From the NCBI GenBank assembly GCA_900617105.1, contig UYFQ01000001.1:4154001-4218000 (forward strand): a DNA stretch of 64,000 nucleotides. Reading direction: 5' to 3'. Shown here piece after piece: positions 40,601 through 51,200 of this stretch. Under the pieces are notes generated by a model that did not search any database, was not told the origin of the DNA, and saw only the letters and a program-made list of their open reading frames with translations. The position numbers and the translations under genes are program-made. The DNA comes from Hydrurus foetidus. Lineage: Eukaryota. Within the stretch, counting starts at the first letter, position 1, and every line of letters begins with the position of its first letter.

Positions 40601-42103
40601 AGGCCCCGTACGACCGAACTTGTTCAGGTAATTGATCACTCCGCTTATTGGTTTGGTTTGGCTTGTGTCACCGTCTGGATTGTCTCTAAAAACTCCAGTA
40701 GCGGTGTCCCATTCAGCATTTGCGTTACCTGTGCTGGGAGTGTTATCTGTACCGTTAATATCAAACGTCTTGACACCCACATATTTCATCGGTGCCCGCA
40801 AAACTCCGCCATATCTGCCGTAGTTTCCAGCTGCGTCGGCGCTGCTTTTGGTCTGATCCATCAGATACCCAAACGCCGCAAGGCGCAGTTGGTCGCTGTA
40901 CTTTTGGATAGCACCCGTGGGCTTGTAAAAACCATTTGGCTGCCGAGTACAAAACGTGTAATCACGTGCATCCAGTAAGTTTTTTGATGCGTCCACGTTA
41001 CAAACTTGCACGCGAGCGTAGAAAAATCCGTCACTGTTGAGTGTTCCCGTACCAACTGGCCATTGCCCAGTGTAGTTGCGCGTGTAGCAGAATTTTGTTG
41101 TTCCGCCGATAGGGTCACCAAAGACCGAATTCGAACATGAAACGCCGTTGGTTGCTGGTGCTACAGCCCACTTCGTGCCAGCGCCGTACCAGACTTCTTT
41201 GATGCCAGAAAAATTGCAGGTTTGGCCTTCACCAGCGCAAGCTGAAGACGCATCGCTGGGTAATACTTCATCTCGCCTCACCACTGGTCCAACTGCGTTG
41301 GGGGTGGTTCCGCCAAGCGTGTAGTTTGCTGTTTTACCGCAGTTGCTTTCCGGCACCTTCACTGAAGTAGGGCTGGTACTCACCCCGAAAAAAATCTGAT
41401 TTAGGGTGTTTGCAACAACAATATCAGCCCCTGTGGCAGTGGAATTGGTAGCTAATGTGCGCATGGAGGCTGGAACCGCACCCAGGTAATTGCCCCCGTC
41501 TTTGGGGACGCTTTTCGCTGGAAAATTGCTGCCTGCGTTCCAAAAGCAGGAAGGGTCTCCATTGGGTAGTACCGCACGCTGCAAAATAGTTAAGCTGGCG
41601 TCAGCTGAACCTGTATCTACTATCCGGTCGCCGCCCGACAATGCGAGCCTAAGCATGTCGATAGACGAGCTGGATGCAAAGTTCAAAAAGTTGCCACTAA
41701 AGCCGTCCAAAGACCCGGTGCACTTCCGAGCTGTAGCCGCACCTATGCGATCGAACCGTTTGTAGTCAGAATAATTCGCCACGCCGGTTGCTACTTCAGT
41801 AGGTGCGTTGTTGTATCTGTAACAGCTTTCGGCATCGTAATAGCCCAAGTATTCTTTTGCGACAACATAGGTGGTGTCAAAGTACTGTGCGCCCACAGTT
41901 GGGAATTCGGCTGACAAGGCTAGCGCGATCACTGGTTTGTCACCGCTACTCCCTGCAAAAAGCGGGTCGGCTGACAGACTCAACGCTTTGACAACCGGTG
42001 GTGCTGTTTGGCCAATCACCAACCAAGCTGATGTTGCCGCAAGCAATGCACCGCCCGCTATGAGCCAATACTTTGCACTGACGGTTTTTAGAGCGTTCTT
42101 CAT
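37631..42103 (-). CDS. pilY1: Type IV pilus tip adhesin PilY1/PilC
   Basis: 1490 aa; LGDIVNS, VGANDGMLHAF, FALDVTDP, YMGDLHGKLWR, C-terminal GRLSWRQI. Confidence 0.93.
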   Translation of the reverse strand: MKNALKTVSAKYWLIAGGALLAATSAWLVIGQTAPPVVKALSLSADPLFAGSSGDKPVIALALSAEFPTVGAQYFDTTYVVAKEYLGYYDAESCYRYNNAPTEVATGVANYSDYKRFDRIGAATARKCTGSLDGFSGNFLNFASSSSIDMLRLALSGGDRIVDTGSADASLTILQRAVLPNGDPSCFWNAGSNFPAKSVPKDGGNYLGAVPASMRTLATNSTATGADIVVANTLNQIFFGVSTSPTSVKVPESNCGKTANYTLGGTTPNAVGPVVRRDEVLPSDASSACAGEGQTCNFSGIKEVWYGAGTKWAVAPATNGVSCSNSVFGDPIGGTTKFCYTRNYTGQWPVGTGTLNSDGFFYARVQVCNVDASKNLLDARDYTFCTRQPNGFYKPTGAIQKYSDQLRLAAFGYLMDQTKSSADAAGNYGRYGGVLRAPMKYVGVKTFDINGTDNTPSTGNANAEWDTATGVFRDNPDGDTSQTKPISGVINYLNKFGRTGPVPGRYKRNDPMSELYGEALRYLQGLGPTEEAVSNLGATTSAMYDGFPVATTWVDPYGGGRSNTGNYACTKSNIVVIGDANTNDSDRLLKRPADLTKNLPNFSYANGGWNQIVKDFERGASTDYLDGQGKTRTTANFNTANNNSQSGIAGSLPSMMGQAYWAHTHDIRGTATTATAEIPKQRPGLRVKSFFFDVNEGERSFTESDPTNAGKASYRRTQNQFFTASKYGGFETDGDNAGGKPYNLFGNPFKKQIGATDETGTNDNNVWQDPARPGEASTYYLSSSARGTLNAFDSIFSRAITVARSIAKSAVSNKNLTTAGSTIYQGAFDTSDWSGDVLSLPISLTGTSTVSLGTNPNWSAATVLSSTPSASRTIVIGREGLTPNPPASTFSWASLDTSMKANLNKLTPATVADSLGEDRLKYLRGDKSKEGLPFRTRNKLLGDIVNSGIVFSGTPSINITPYTTAYSTFYKDNKSRTAAVFVGANDGMLHAFNATNGAELFGYIPSWMGPKLAALTSNSYNANHQAYVDATPAVAEAQVGSAGTVADWKTVLVSGTGAGGPGVFALDVTDPTAFTASKVMWEFTKADDVDMGYVVGRPRILKLRTSAPTTTPATYRWFAVVASGVNNYLPYPNSAGTFSATGNPALFLLALDKPVGTAWTSSGSDPNYYKLTVPVDTTLSADNATGAINFEATKGSVGELSQIYMGDLHGKLWRLDFAQHGTSEWNFTTLSFYKTSATEPYPLYAAKTSAGLVQPITMAPTIVSAGTVDQIKQNYVTFATGKYLENSDKTSLAQNSFYALFENGKTSGVGGAVIPSRGRLQAGVVNTATLSITVPSFVWGMPDKDTNTKTRAGWYFDYLYPGEKSISSASVNGDSIIFGSVIPLAAGAAGTCAASGGGGNVYELNVDSGNGTFRRITTGIFGEQLLFDTESATTSTISTSTGRRVKTERPTNVIVTSGGPVIAPMTPVEFISGRLSWRQINNYQDLKKSK

Positions 42104-42116
42104 AAATGCCTGTTCT

Positions 42117-42746
42117 TCAATTGCGGTAAATCATTTGGACTACTGCCTGGATGTCGGCTCGCGGGCCAAAACCCATGGAAGTTACTCGAAACACGTACTT
42201 CGGATCATCGAGTGCGAGGTTGCGGCTTGTCGACCCAGTACCGGCTTTGTCCGGGATGGCTTCGATGACATATCGCGGTTTGCGGGCGGGCTGAATACCA
42301 ACGCCGCCAGCGGCAAAAGTTCTTTTGGTGAAGTCGCCATATACGGTTGCAACTGCGTTGCTGTCGCTCAAATCGAAATCGGCTGTGAGCCACGCGGGCT
42401 TGCCTGTCGCTACCAATGCACAAAGCCCCTTGCTATCGCCGGCCGTACCGCAACCGTCAATAAACGCAGCTTTGTTTGTGGTCGGGCCGAACACGGAGCG
42501 CCTAGATGAAGTGCCGGGGCCAAACAAATCATTTTCGGCATCCATCAGGCCAGCTTCAGCGGACTGCCATGCCAATTGATAGTCCCTATCATTTCTGGCG
42601 CCGCGCTCGCTCATCATCGAAATTTGAACACCCGCAATGCCGATCATTGAGACGATCGTCAAAATGATCATTACCAAAATTAATGAAGCACCACCTTGTT
42701 TTGCTGAGATTCCAGCCGACACGGGTTGTTTGAATAAAGACTTCAC
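42117..42746 (-). CDS. pilX: Type IV minor pilin PilX
   Basis: QGG|ASLILVM (no Glu5), ERGARNDRD..AWQSAEAGL, PRYVIE, FRVTSMGFG; GTG start 42746. Confidence 0.9.
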   Translation of the reverse strand: MKSLFKQPVSAGISAKQGGASLILVMIILTIVSMIGIAGVQISMMSERGARNDRDYQLAWQSAEAGLMDAENDLFGPGTSSRRSVFGPTTNKAAFIDGCGTAGDSKGLCALVATGKPAWLTADFDLSDSNAVATVYGDFTKRTFAAGGVGIQPARKPRYVIEAIPDKAGTGSTSRNLALDDPKYVFRVTSMGFGPRADIQAVVQMIYRN

Positions 42747-42747
42747 T

Positions 42748-43749
42748 TCAAAGGCCTTGCTCGTTGCGTAAATGAATCGTGAAAGTGACAACCTGCCGCA
42801 GCCGCGTGTCAGCCGCAGGCGTGTAGGCAGTTCCCGCATCGTCACCGCTTGACATTGCCGAGCCTGCGGTCCCACCAGCCGCACTTATCGCGTTGCCTAG
42901 GGGGTAGTAAGTTTGCGAAATAGCCTGTTGCGCAGACCCAAGCGGCCCGCGAATCACCATGCCAATTTTTAGGCTCCTCACCCGACGCCAATTGGAATTA
43001 GTTTTAGAACCGTCGACGTCACCGGTGACCGTGAGTTGGTCTGCCCGCAAGTAATTAGTAACCAGATTTGATTTGGTACCTGTCGCTTCAGCTCCTGCTG
43101 TAACGCCGTCGACGCCGTAGAGCACTTGAAAGTTCTCAACCCCGCGCACCAGCGGTTGCGAAGTGAAGGTTTTGTCAGTGCTACACCGCAAAGATGGCTC
43201 ACCAGTATCATCAACGCCGACATGAATAATATTGGCACGCCGATCGCCGGGCGCTGTGGCTGTCGCTTTCGGTGCATCGCCAAAGCAGTCAATCATTGAC
43301 TCATCAGATTTATTAGAGCCAGGAAAGGTTTCGGCCACTTGGTATTGGAGTATCAATACATCGCTGCCGTAGCCGAGCTCACTTGTTGAAGTGCGAGCGG
43401 TGGCCATGTTGAGCGGGTCGGAGCCGCTTGCCTTGGAATTGTTAAAGCCCCTGATATTCGCTAATGGGTTGCCCACTGGCTTACCGCTTGAATCTTTTGA
43501 CCAAACGGTAGTGGAATCTGTGAAGTCATTAAAACCGGCTTGTACGCCAAAGCGTTGAAGCATGTCGGTCGCAAACCTGGCGTTGTCGCGTAGCTGGGAG
43601 GCTGCATCAACGGCGCTGAAGCCCTGTCTGCTAACAATTAGTGCAGAGATGGCAGCAATGGCAATTACTGAACTGATGACCAACGCTACAAGCAGCTCAA
43701 TTAAAGTCAAGCCGCTTTGCCGCACGGCTGTTCGTGAGATTTTTTTCAT
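42748..43749 (-). CDS. pilW: Type IV minor pilin PilW
   Basis: QSG|LTLIELLVAL, LRDNARFA, GVENFQVLYG, TIHLRN. Confidence 0.9.
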   Translation of the reverse strand: MKKISRTAVRQSGLTLIELLVALVISSVIAIAAISALIVSRQGFSAVDAASQLRDNARFATDMLQRFGVQAGFNDFTDSTTVWSKDSSGKPVGNPLANIRGFNNSKASGSDPLNMATARTSTSELGYGSDVLILQYQVAETFPGSNKSDESMIDCFGDAPKATATAPGDRRANIIHVGVDDTGEPSLRCSTDKTFTSQPLVRGVENFQVLYGVDGVTAGAEATGTKSNLVTNYLRADQLTVTGDVDGSKTNSNWRRVRSLKIGMVIRGPLGSAQQAISQTYYPLGNAISAAGGTAGSAMSSGDDAGTAYTPAADTRLRQVVTFTIHLRNEQGL

Positions 43750-44354
43750 AGCGAATTACCCGCCGTAATAGGAAACACCAAGCTCGGCGTGTCCGCTCTT
43801 TCGAGCGCTTTCACCCCGGTTTGTGTTCGGTCGGTGGAGCCTCGGGTCCATCCTATTTTTATAACGGTAGTCGCTCCGGTTCCTCCGGTCGCGCAGGTCC
43901 ATCTAGGCTTGCCATCGGCGCCGTAAGGAGCCGGATCAACGCAAACCACGACACGTGGGCTCGGCAGCTCGCTGCTTACCCTTGCAAGCCACTCCGTCAT
44001 TTGTGCATTGGCAATGGCCGTGCTGCCTCCGCAAGCAGTGGGAAGCGAGCCAACATTCAAGCAATAAGAAGGTGATGCCGCTGCGAGAGGATTTGAATTG
44101 AAGTCCCCGATATACGGGTTGGTTGCCAGCAGCGCGACATCCTTATTTCCACGCATAGTCTCGGCAAGTTCGCGGGCTAGAGAAACTGCCGTGGATTGAA
44201 GGCGTGCATCCCGGTTGCCCTGAAGCGCTGCAGCTTGCAAGCCGACCATTCCAAGGAGCCCAAAAGATAAAACGACCACCGAAATCAACACTTCGATTAA
44301 AGAAAAGCCTGATGCTTTTTTTGGTGTGTTCACGGTTCTGTGTATTTGTCGCAT
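43746..44354 (-). CDS. pilV: Type IV minor pilin PilV
   Basis: SG|FSLIEVLIS..SFGLLGMVGLQ. Confidence 0.92.
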   Translation of the reverse strand: MRQIHRTVNTPKKASGFSLIEVLISVVVLSFGLLGMVGLQAAALQGNRDARLQSTAVSLARELAETMRGNKDVALLATNPYIGDFNSNPLAAASPSYCLNVGSLPTACGGSTAIANAQMTEWLARVSSELPSPRVVVCVDPAPYGADGKPRWTCATGGTGATTVIKIGWTRGSTDRTQTGVKALERADTPSLVFPITAGNSL

Positions 44355-44470
44355 GCTGGGATTTTAGGGAAGGCGGCCGAAATTGACTAACCGCCCATCA
44401 GCGCAAACTTACCTTTTGTCATGACTTGCGGCATTCAGTAGCAGAAACTCACGCGGCGAAAAGCAAATTT

Positions 44471-44920
44471 TTAGCGTTTCACTTCATCCACCAGCGCCCG
44501 AAACTCGTCAATGTCTTCAAAGCTGCGGTACACGCTGGCGAAGCGGATGTAGGCTACTTTGTCGAGCTTTTTTAGCTCGCGCATCACCAGCTCGCCCAGG
44601 CGAGTAGACGCGACTTCTTTTAGGCCCAGGCTGAGCAGCTTTTCTTCGATGCGTTCAATGGCGGTGTCGACTTGCTCGGTGCTGACGGGCCGTTTGCGCA
44701 GGGCCAGGTTCATGGAGCCCTGAATTTTGATGCGCTTGTATTCGATGCGTCGGCCGTCTTTTTTGACGATGGCGGGGAAGTTGACGTCTGGCCGCTCGTA
44801 GGTGGTGAAGCGCTTTTCGCACGCGGTGCACTGGCGGCGGCGGCGGATGAAGTCGGCTTCTTCTGAAATTCTTGTTTCAGCGACTTGGGTTTCAAGGTTT
44901 CCGCAAAAGGGGCATTTCAT
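44471..44920 (-). CDS. nrdR: Transcriptional repressor NrdR
   Basis: MKCPFC, RRRRQC..C..RFTTYE, ATP cone, [10 protein letters not shown]. Confidence 0.97.
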   Translation of the reverse strand: MKCPFCGNLETQVAETRISEEADFIRRRRQCTACEKRFTTYERPDVNFPAIVKKDGRRIEYKRIKIQGSMNLALRKRPVSTEQVDTAIERIEEKLLSLGLKEVASTRLGELVMRELKKLDKVAYIRFASVYRSFEDIDEFRALVDEVKR

Positions 44921-44960
44921 GGCTGTTTTTGCCCCGTTTTAGACATCTTTTAGTGCTGTA

Positions 44961-45001
44961 GCCCAATAGATACGGGCGCGAGCAGCTACTATATTAATAG
45001 T
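44961..45001 (+). repeat. 41-bp double-dyad repeat copy (glyA-nrdR spacer)
   Basis: gccc-aatagatac-gggc-gcgagca-GCT-actatattaat-AGT. Confidence 0.85.
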
Positions 45002-45008
45002 GTTTGTT

Positions 45009-45045
45009 TCCCTCACCCCAACCCTCTCCCCGCAAAGGGAGAGGG
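45009..45045 (+). repeat. REP-like CCCTCACCCC-CCCTCTCCC...GGGAGAGGG palindrome
   Basis: ccctcaccccaaccctctccc-cgcaaa-gggagaggg; an inverted copy lies at 58323-58355. Confidence 0.75.
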
Positions 45046-45067
45046 CGCCGGAGCATGGTTTCACTGA

Positions 45068-45109
45068 CGTAAACCGTAAACCGTAAACCGTTAACCGTAA
45101 ACCGGAAAC
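45068..45109. repeat. 7-bp tandem repeat spanning the glyA stop
   Basis: CGTAAAC x3, CGTTAAC, CGTAAAC, CGGAAAC. Confidence 0.8.
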
Positions 45110-46335
45110 CGGCTTGTTAGCGCGGTAACTTTTGCGCGCACGGCTTGCAGGTTGGCTTCATCGCGCGGGTTGTCGAGCACGTCGGCCATCAGGTGGGCGG
45201 TGGCCTTTGCTTCTACTTCTTTAAAGCCGCGGGTGGTCATGGCCGGAGTGCCTACGCGCACGCCGCTGGTGACCATGGGCTTTTCCGGGTCGTTCGGAAT
45301 CGCGTTTTTGTTGATCGTCATGTAGGCGCTGCCCAGCACGGCTTCGGCTTCTTTGCCGGTGATGTTTTTGCTGCGTAAATCTACCAGCATGACGTGGCTT
45401 TCAGTGCGGCCGCTGACGATGCGTAGGCCGCGCTCAACCAGCGTTTTGGCCATCACGTCGGCATTGAGCAAAATTTGCTTTTGGTAGTCTTTAAAGCTTG
45501 GCTCAAGCGCTTCTTTAAAAGCAATCGCTTTCGCTGCAATCACGTGCATCAGCGGGCCGCCTTGCAGGCCGGGGAACACGGCGCTGTTGATCGCCTTTTC
45601 GTGCTCGGCCTTCATCAAAATAATGCCGCCGCGTGGGCCGCGCAGACTCTTGTGCGTGGTTGACGTCACCACATCGGCAAACGGCACGGGACTGGGGTAC
45701 ACGCCGCCTGCAATCAGGCCGGAGTAGTGCGCCATGTCGACCATAAAAATCGCACCGATCGCTTTGGCCACTTTGGCAAAGCGCTCAAAGTCTATGCGCA
45801 AGCTGTAAGCCGATGCACCAGCAATGATGAGCTTGGGTTTGTGCTCATGTGCCAGCGCTTCCATGGCGTCGTAGTCGATTTCTTCTTTGGCATTCAGGCC
45901 GTAAAACACGGGGTTGAACCACTTGCCGCTCAGGTTCAGCGGCATGCCGTGGGTGAGGTGGCCGCCTTCGGCCAGGCTCATGCCCATGATGGTGTCGCCT
46001 GGCCTTAAAAAAGCCAAAAACACGGCCTGGTTGGCCGATGCGCCGCAATGCGGCTGCACGTTGGCAGCGTCCGCGCCGTAAAGTTTTTTAACGCGGTCAA
46101 TGGCGAGTTGCTCGGCAACATCTACAAATTCGCAGCCGCCGTAATAGCGCTTGCCGGGGTAGCCTTCGGCGTATTTGTTGGTGAGCTGGCTGCCTTGCGC
46201 TGCCATGACGGCAGGGGAGGCGTAGTTTTCGCTGGCAATCAGCTCGATGTGGTGCTCTTGGCGGGCGTTTTCGCTCGTAATGGCGGCGAACAATTCGGGG
46301 TCGGCTTGCTCGATAAGAATTTTGCGGTCGTACAT
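45091..46335 (-). CDS. glyA: Serine hydroxymethyltransferase
   Basis: [41 protein letters not shown]. Confidence 0.98.
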   Translation of the reverse strand: MYDRKILIEQADPELFAAITSENARQEHHIELIASENYASPAVMAAQGSQLTNKYAEGYPGKRYYGGCEFVDVAEQLAIDRVKKLYGADAANVQPHCGASANQAVFLAFLRPGDTIMGMSLAEGGHLTHGMPLNLSGKWFNPVFYGLNAKEEIDYDAMEALAHEHKPKLIIAGASAYSLRIDFERFAKVAKAIGAIFMVDMAHYSGLIAGGVYPSPVPFADVVTSTTHKSLRGPRGGIILMKAEHEKAINSAVFPGLQGGPLMHVIAAKAIAFKEALEPSFKDYQKQILLNADVMAKTLVERGLRIVSGRTESHVMLVDLRSKNITGKEAEAVLGSAYMTINKNAIPNDPEKPMVTSGVRVGTPAMTTRGFKEVEAKATAHLMADVLDNPRDEANLQAVRAKVTALTSRFPVYG

Positions 46336-46427
46336 GTGTGCTCTGGCTTTCTGGCGGCAGTCTTTGAAAAGACGTGATCCCTGTCAGTGAAGTCAACTCA
46401 ATTCGATCAATGACTTCAATAAAACAA

Positions 46428-46570
46428 GGGCTGCCCAGGCGAACGGCTAAACGTTTTTAATGATGCACTTGGCAGTGCAAATCATTAAAACCGGTACGCT
46501 CCCCAGTGGTGTCCCACGTTAGCCGAGTCAGCCGCTGGGGCCGCCCTGCCTATCGCCAGTCGCGTACCCG
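46428..46570 (-). ncRNA. ZMP/ZTP (pfl) riboswitch
   Basis: Minus strand: GGTACGCGACTGGCGA...GTGG-gaca-CCACTGGGGAGCGTACC, linker hairpin, then GCCGTTCGCCTGGGCA; upstream of glyA. Confidence 0.9.
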
Positions 46571-46594
46571 CAAAGTGTACCCGAGGGCTTGAGA

Positions 46595-47512
46595 TTAAGA
46601 CGCCAACGCGGCTATTTTGCCGGCAGCCCGGTCAGCGTTGTTGTCTGCCCTGGCGTCGGTGTTTTTCTCAGCGCTAGGCTCGGGCGTACGCCCGGCCGCC
46701 GGTGCAGGCGTTAGCTTGACGGCAATGCTACGGGCGGTGCGGGAAGGCGCTTTGCCGCCCACCACGCTCAGCAGCCTGGCGTGCTCGGCCAGCACTTTGT
46801 CGGCATAGCCGTTGTCGCTGTCGAGGTTAGCAGCGCCTACGTAATATTTCAGGCCACCTTCCAGCGAGCCGGCTCTGGCGATACATTCTTGCAGCACTTT
46901 TACGCCCACGCGCAGGTTGGTGACCGGGTCAAACGCTGCAAACTTGCCGCCGAAGTCCTCGTACTTGTCGGTGTGAATTTTGGTCATGACCTGCATCAAA
47001 CCCTGCGCGCCCACCGGGCTTTGGGCAAACGGGTTAAAGCCTGATTCGATGGCCATGACGGCCAAAATCAGTGTGGGGTCGAGTTTGGCTTTGGCGCCCA
47101 CTTCAAACGCACTTGCCACCAGCGCGCTCAGCGGCTCGGGTGCCACGTTGTATTTTCTGGCCAGCCAGAACGCCAGCGCAGCTTGTTGCTTGGGCAGGTC
47201 TTTGGGTTCGGCCGCGGTGGCGCGGTCAATGGCTTGCAGTTCAACGAACTCGGGCTCGCCTTGCTCGGCTAGCTGGCGTTCTTGCAGCCAGGTGACCAAA
47301 CGGTATTCCGCTTTTTTCTGCAGGTCAGGCCGGGCGGTCATGGTGATGGCAATACACACCAAGCCCAAGCCCAGCAGGGCAAAGCCGTTGTGGGTAATGT
47401 CGAAAAAGCCTTGGGCCACGTCGTCTATGGTGGCAACCACGCTGCGGCGTGCGCTGGCCAGTTTCATTTTGGAGCTGCGCGCCAAGTGCGCAGCGTTGCT
47501 TGTCAGTGTCAT
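46595..47512 (-). CDS. Lytic transglycosylase (SLT domain)
   Basis: LAVMAIESGFNP, GAQGLMQV, DPVTNLRVG; AAGGA RBS before ATG 47512. Confidence 0.92.
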   Translation of the reverse strand: MTLTSNAAHLARSSKMKLASARRSVVATIDDVAQGFFDITHNGFALLGLGLVCIAITMTARPDLQKKAEYRLVTWLQERQLAEQGEPEFVELQAIDRATAAEPKDLPKQQAALAFWLARKYNVAPEPLSALVASAFEVGAKAKLDPTLILAVMAIESGFNPFAQSPVGAQGLMQVMTKIHTDKYEDFGGKFAAFDPVTNLRVGVKVLQECIARAGSLEGGLKYYVGAANLDSDNGYADKVLAEHARLLSVVGGKAPSRTARSIAVKLTPAPAAGRTPEPSAEKNTDARADNNADRAAGKIAALAS

Positions 47513-47898
47513 AGCATTCCTTATCGGTAAGCTGAAGCAGGCCGCAAGCGGCTCACTTAAGTTTTGATTGGATCGCCATCCTGGCGGACTGGCGCCTGTG
47601 CGCAAGTGGCTTGGTTGGATGTTGACCCCGGTGGTCACACTGCCTGCACGACTAGAGGCTGGCAGCTGATACGGGTTGTCCCTAATTTTTTAGACTGAAT
47701 GAATTTTAGAAGCGCGTTAAATAACCAGTCAAGCATAACAAACTGATTCAATATGTGTTTTTTACACTTAAAGATAAGCTTTTCCGCCAAAACCCACTGA
47801 AATCAAGCAGTTAGCGGGTTTTTTTGAGAGTTTGCAGTAACTGCGGGTTCCTCTCTAAAAATGTTGAAATTGGTAAAAAGTCACGAACAGTGGCTGCT

Positions 47899-47926
47899 TT
47901 GACAATCACATCAGGCGCTGTGATTG
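47899..47926 (+). promoter_or_regulatory. TTGACA hexamer overlapped by a perfect inverted repeat
   Basis: TTGACA 47899-47904; CAATCACA-N8-TGTGATTG 47903-47926. Confidence 0.5.
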
Positions 47927-48116
47927 ATATTTTTACCTTGCCCGCACGGCCTTGCAGGCGTACCTTCTAGGTGTTCGGTTCAGCCGAGCATCACTGGGCA
48001 AATCAGGAATGACCAGCCTGGTAAATCTTCAAAGTAATCACTTGCTTTGACTGCACTGCAGGGCGATTCATCCACTGCATGCAACCCCTGACGGCATGGG
48101 TTTTATGCTCGCCGCC

Positions 48117-48150
48117 GACCCCGATCAGCTCTGCTGGTCGGGGTTTTTAA
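48117..48150 (+). terminator. Intrinsic terminator with no upstream CDS on this strand
   Basis: gaccccgatcagc-tct-gctggtcgggg-ttttt. Confidence 0.7.
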
Positions 48151-48256
48151 TTGGCGCTGCCCAAAAAACAAATGTGATTGCTGCTTAAAACGCTGCTTAC
48201 CAGTGCGCTACAAATAAAGCATTGACCTTTTTGCCTGAGTATTAAAAACTAAAGGC

Positions 48257-51200
48257 ATGACACTTGAAGCAACGCGCGACGCAGCGCCGCCCGCAGCCGC
48301 TAAAAAGCCTGATTTTTTGAACAGTTCCGCCCTGAAATGGCTCAAACGAGCAGTTGGTCTGCTGATAGCCGTGCTGCTGCTGTGGGCGCTGACCTATGCG
48401 CTGGCGCCGATCATTGCCAAGTCGCAAATTGAAAAAATAGCCAGCGAAAAGTTGGGTCGGCAAGTCAGCGTGGGCAGCATTGACTTCAAACCTTGGTCGC
48501 TTGAGCTGACGTTAAATGACTTCGTGGTGGCCAAGGCGGCTCTAGCGGCCGATGCGGTTCCCCAGCTCAGCATCAAGCGCATCTATACAGATGCAGAACT
48601 TGAATCGCTGCTGCGCCTGGCCCCCGTAGTGGATGCGATTGCGGTTGACTCGCCCAATGTGTCGCTGACCCACTTGGGCGGCGGGCGCTATGACATTGAT
48701 GACGTGCTCAACAAACTGAGAAGCCCGCCAGACGCCGCACCCAGCGAGCTGCCCCGGTTTGCCCTGTACAACCTGGCGCTGACCAACGGGCAGGTCAGCT
48801 TTACCGACCAAACAGTGGGCAAAACCCACGCGCTGAGCGCGCTCAATGTGTCAGTGCCGTTTTTAAGCAACCTGGCGTCTAAGCGTGAAGTTAAAACCGC
48901 GCCCCGCCTGGCTTTTAACTTAGGTGTGTTGGGCGGGGCAACCACCAGCAGTTTTGACTCTGCCCTAGAGGCAACGCCGTTTGCGCAAACCCGCAAGACC
49001 GACGCCGCCTTCAAGCTGGCCAACTTCGACCTGAAGCCTTACCTGGGCTACCTGCCCGCCAACTTGCCGTACGAGCTAACCAGCGCGGTGCTGAATGTAG
49101 ATGCCAGAGTCGCGTTTGAGCAAAGCCCGCAAACGGTGGTCAAGCTGTCGGGCGTGGTCACGGCTGACAAGGTCAATGTGCTGGCAAGCGCAGACAAATC
49201 ATTGCTGGAGTTGCTGACGTTTGATCAGTTAAAAGTGATGATGAGCGACGTGCGGCCGCTGGCGCAGTTGGTCAAACTCTCTAGCGTTGAGCTGACCAAT
49301 CCGGTTGTCAACATCAGCCGTGACCGGGCAGGGCGCTTGAACTTGCTGCCTGCTGATGATGCAGGCGCTACTAAATCAGGAGCTGCTCGCGCCCGTATTG
49401 ATTCGGCTACAGGCCTAAAAGACTCTCAAAAAGAGGCAAAAACTGCCCCAAACCCCTGGAAAATCGATATTACCGAGGTCGCGGTACGGGGCGGCAGCGT
49501 GAACTGGCTAGACGAAACATTGGCGCCGCCTGCGCTCATCAAGCTGGGCGCGGTGACGCTGGGCGCATCCAAAATCTCGGTGCCCTTCGCAGCAGATGCG
49601 CCGCTGGCCTTTACCGGCTCGGCCGGATTGGCCGGATTGGCCGGTTTGGCTGGTTCGGCAGGTTCGGCAGGTTCGGCAGGTTCGGCAGGTTCGGCAGGTT
49701 CGGCAGCGCAGGCCGCCGTGCCCGCCACCGTTAACTTCAGCGGCACCGCTACTGACAAAGCAGCCAGCGTCAGCGCCACACTGGCGGCATGGCCGCTCAA
49801 CATGGCGGCCAAGTACGTGGGCCAGTTTTTATTGCCTGCCCTAGATGGCCAGTTAGATGCGCAGCTGGGCATTCATTGGCAAGCCGCCAGCGCCACAGAG
49901 CCGCTGGCTATCAACATCACCGCGGCTCAGGTCAGCCAGAGCGACGTGCTGCTGGCCCAGGGCAAAACGTCATTGGTGTCGGTTAAACGCGTGCAAATCG
50001 ACGGGGCTGATATTGACTTGCCCGGGCAAAGCTTTAAGGCCGCCAAGCTGCAGGTCATACAGCCGAAGGCGCTGGTAGAGCGGAACGTCGACAAGCGCTG
50101 GATGTATGAAAGGTGGTTGACTCAAAACAAAACCGCCGCCGCCACCGCACCGCCCCCACCCCCGCCAAGTACCGAGGCCACCAAAGCCAGCGCCCCTAGC
50201 TGGGGAGTGGCCATTGATGAAGTCAGTCTGGCGGGCGGGGCTATGCAATTTGTAGACAAGGCAGGCAGCAAACCGGTGGCGTTTGATGTGAATGCCGTCA
50301 ATGCGCAGTTAATCGGACTGCTGCTTGACGACAAATCAAACGCCAAAACCCGAGCCCTTGCTGCTGCCGCCAAGCTGATGCCGCTTTCAGCGTCGCTTCG
50401 CTTAACGGCTGGCCGGTTTGAGCCGGGCAAGCTCAACTTCAAAGGCAACGTCGGTTTGAGCCCGGTACAAGTGCAAGGCCAGTTGCTGGCCGAACGCCTG
50501 CCGGTGCAAGCGTTTGAGCCGTACTTTGCGGATTTGCTGAATATCGAGCTGCTGCGGGCCGACGCCAGCTTCAAAGGCAAGGTCGCTTACAAGCAAACAC
50601 CCGGCGGGCCAGTGGCCACCGTCAATGGCGACGTGGCACTTGAAGAGCTCAAAGCCAACACGCTGGCGCCCAGCGAGGCTTTGCTGGAATGGAAAACCCT
50701 TAGCCTGCGCGGCCTGAGTGTGGCGCTAGACCCCGCCAAGCCCACGCAGGTAGACGTGAAAGAAACCGTGCTCAGCGACTTTTTTGCGCGGTTGATTGTG
50801 CTGCCCGACGGGCGGATTAATTTGCAGAACCTGGTGAAGTCGGCTGCCTCAGCCACGTCTACCGTGGTGGCAACCGCTACAAATACAGGAGCTGCTCGCG
50901 CCCAAGAACAGGCGGCTACAGCCCAAAATGATGCTCAAAAAGCGCCTCAAAACGCGATTTCGACTGCTTCTGGCCCACCTGCCACGCTTGCGGCCACCAC
51001 CCCAACCACCACCCCAACCACCACCCCAACCACCACTACCGCTACAACTTCTACAGCCATCATCAACTTCGGCCCGGTCAGCCTGGTCAATGGCCGGGTC
51101 GCGTTTTCAGACCGTTTCGTTAAACCCAATTACTCGGCCAATTTAAGTGACTTGACCGGCAAGCTCAGTGCGTTTTCATCAATTGCTGCAGGCGGCACGC

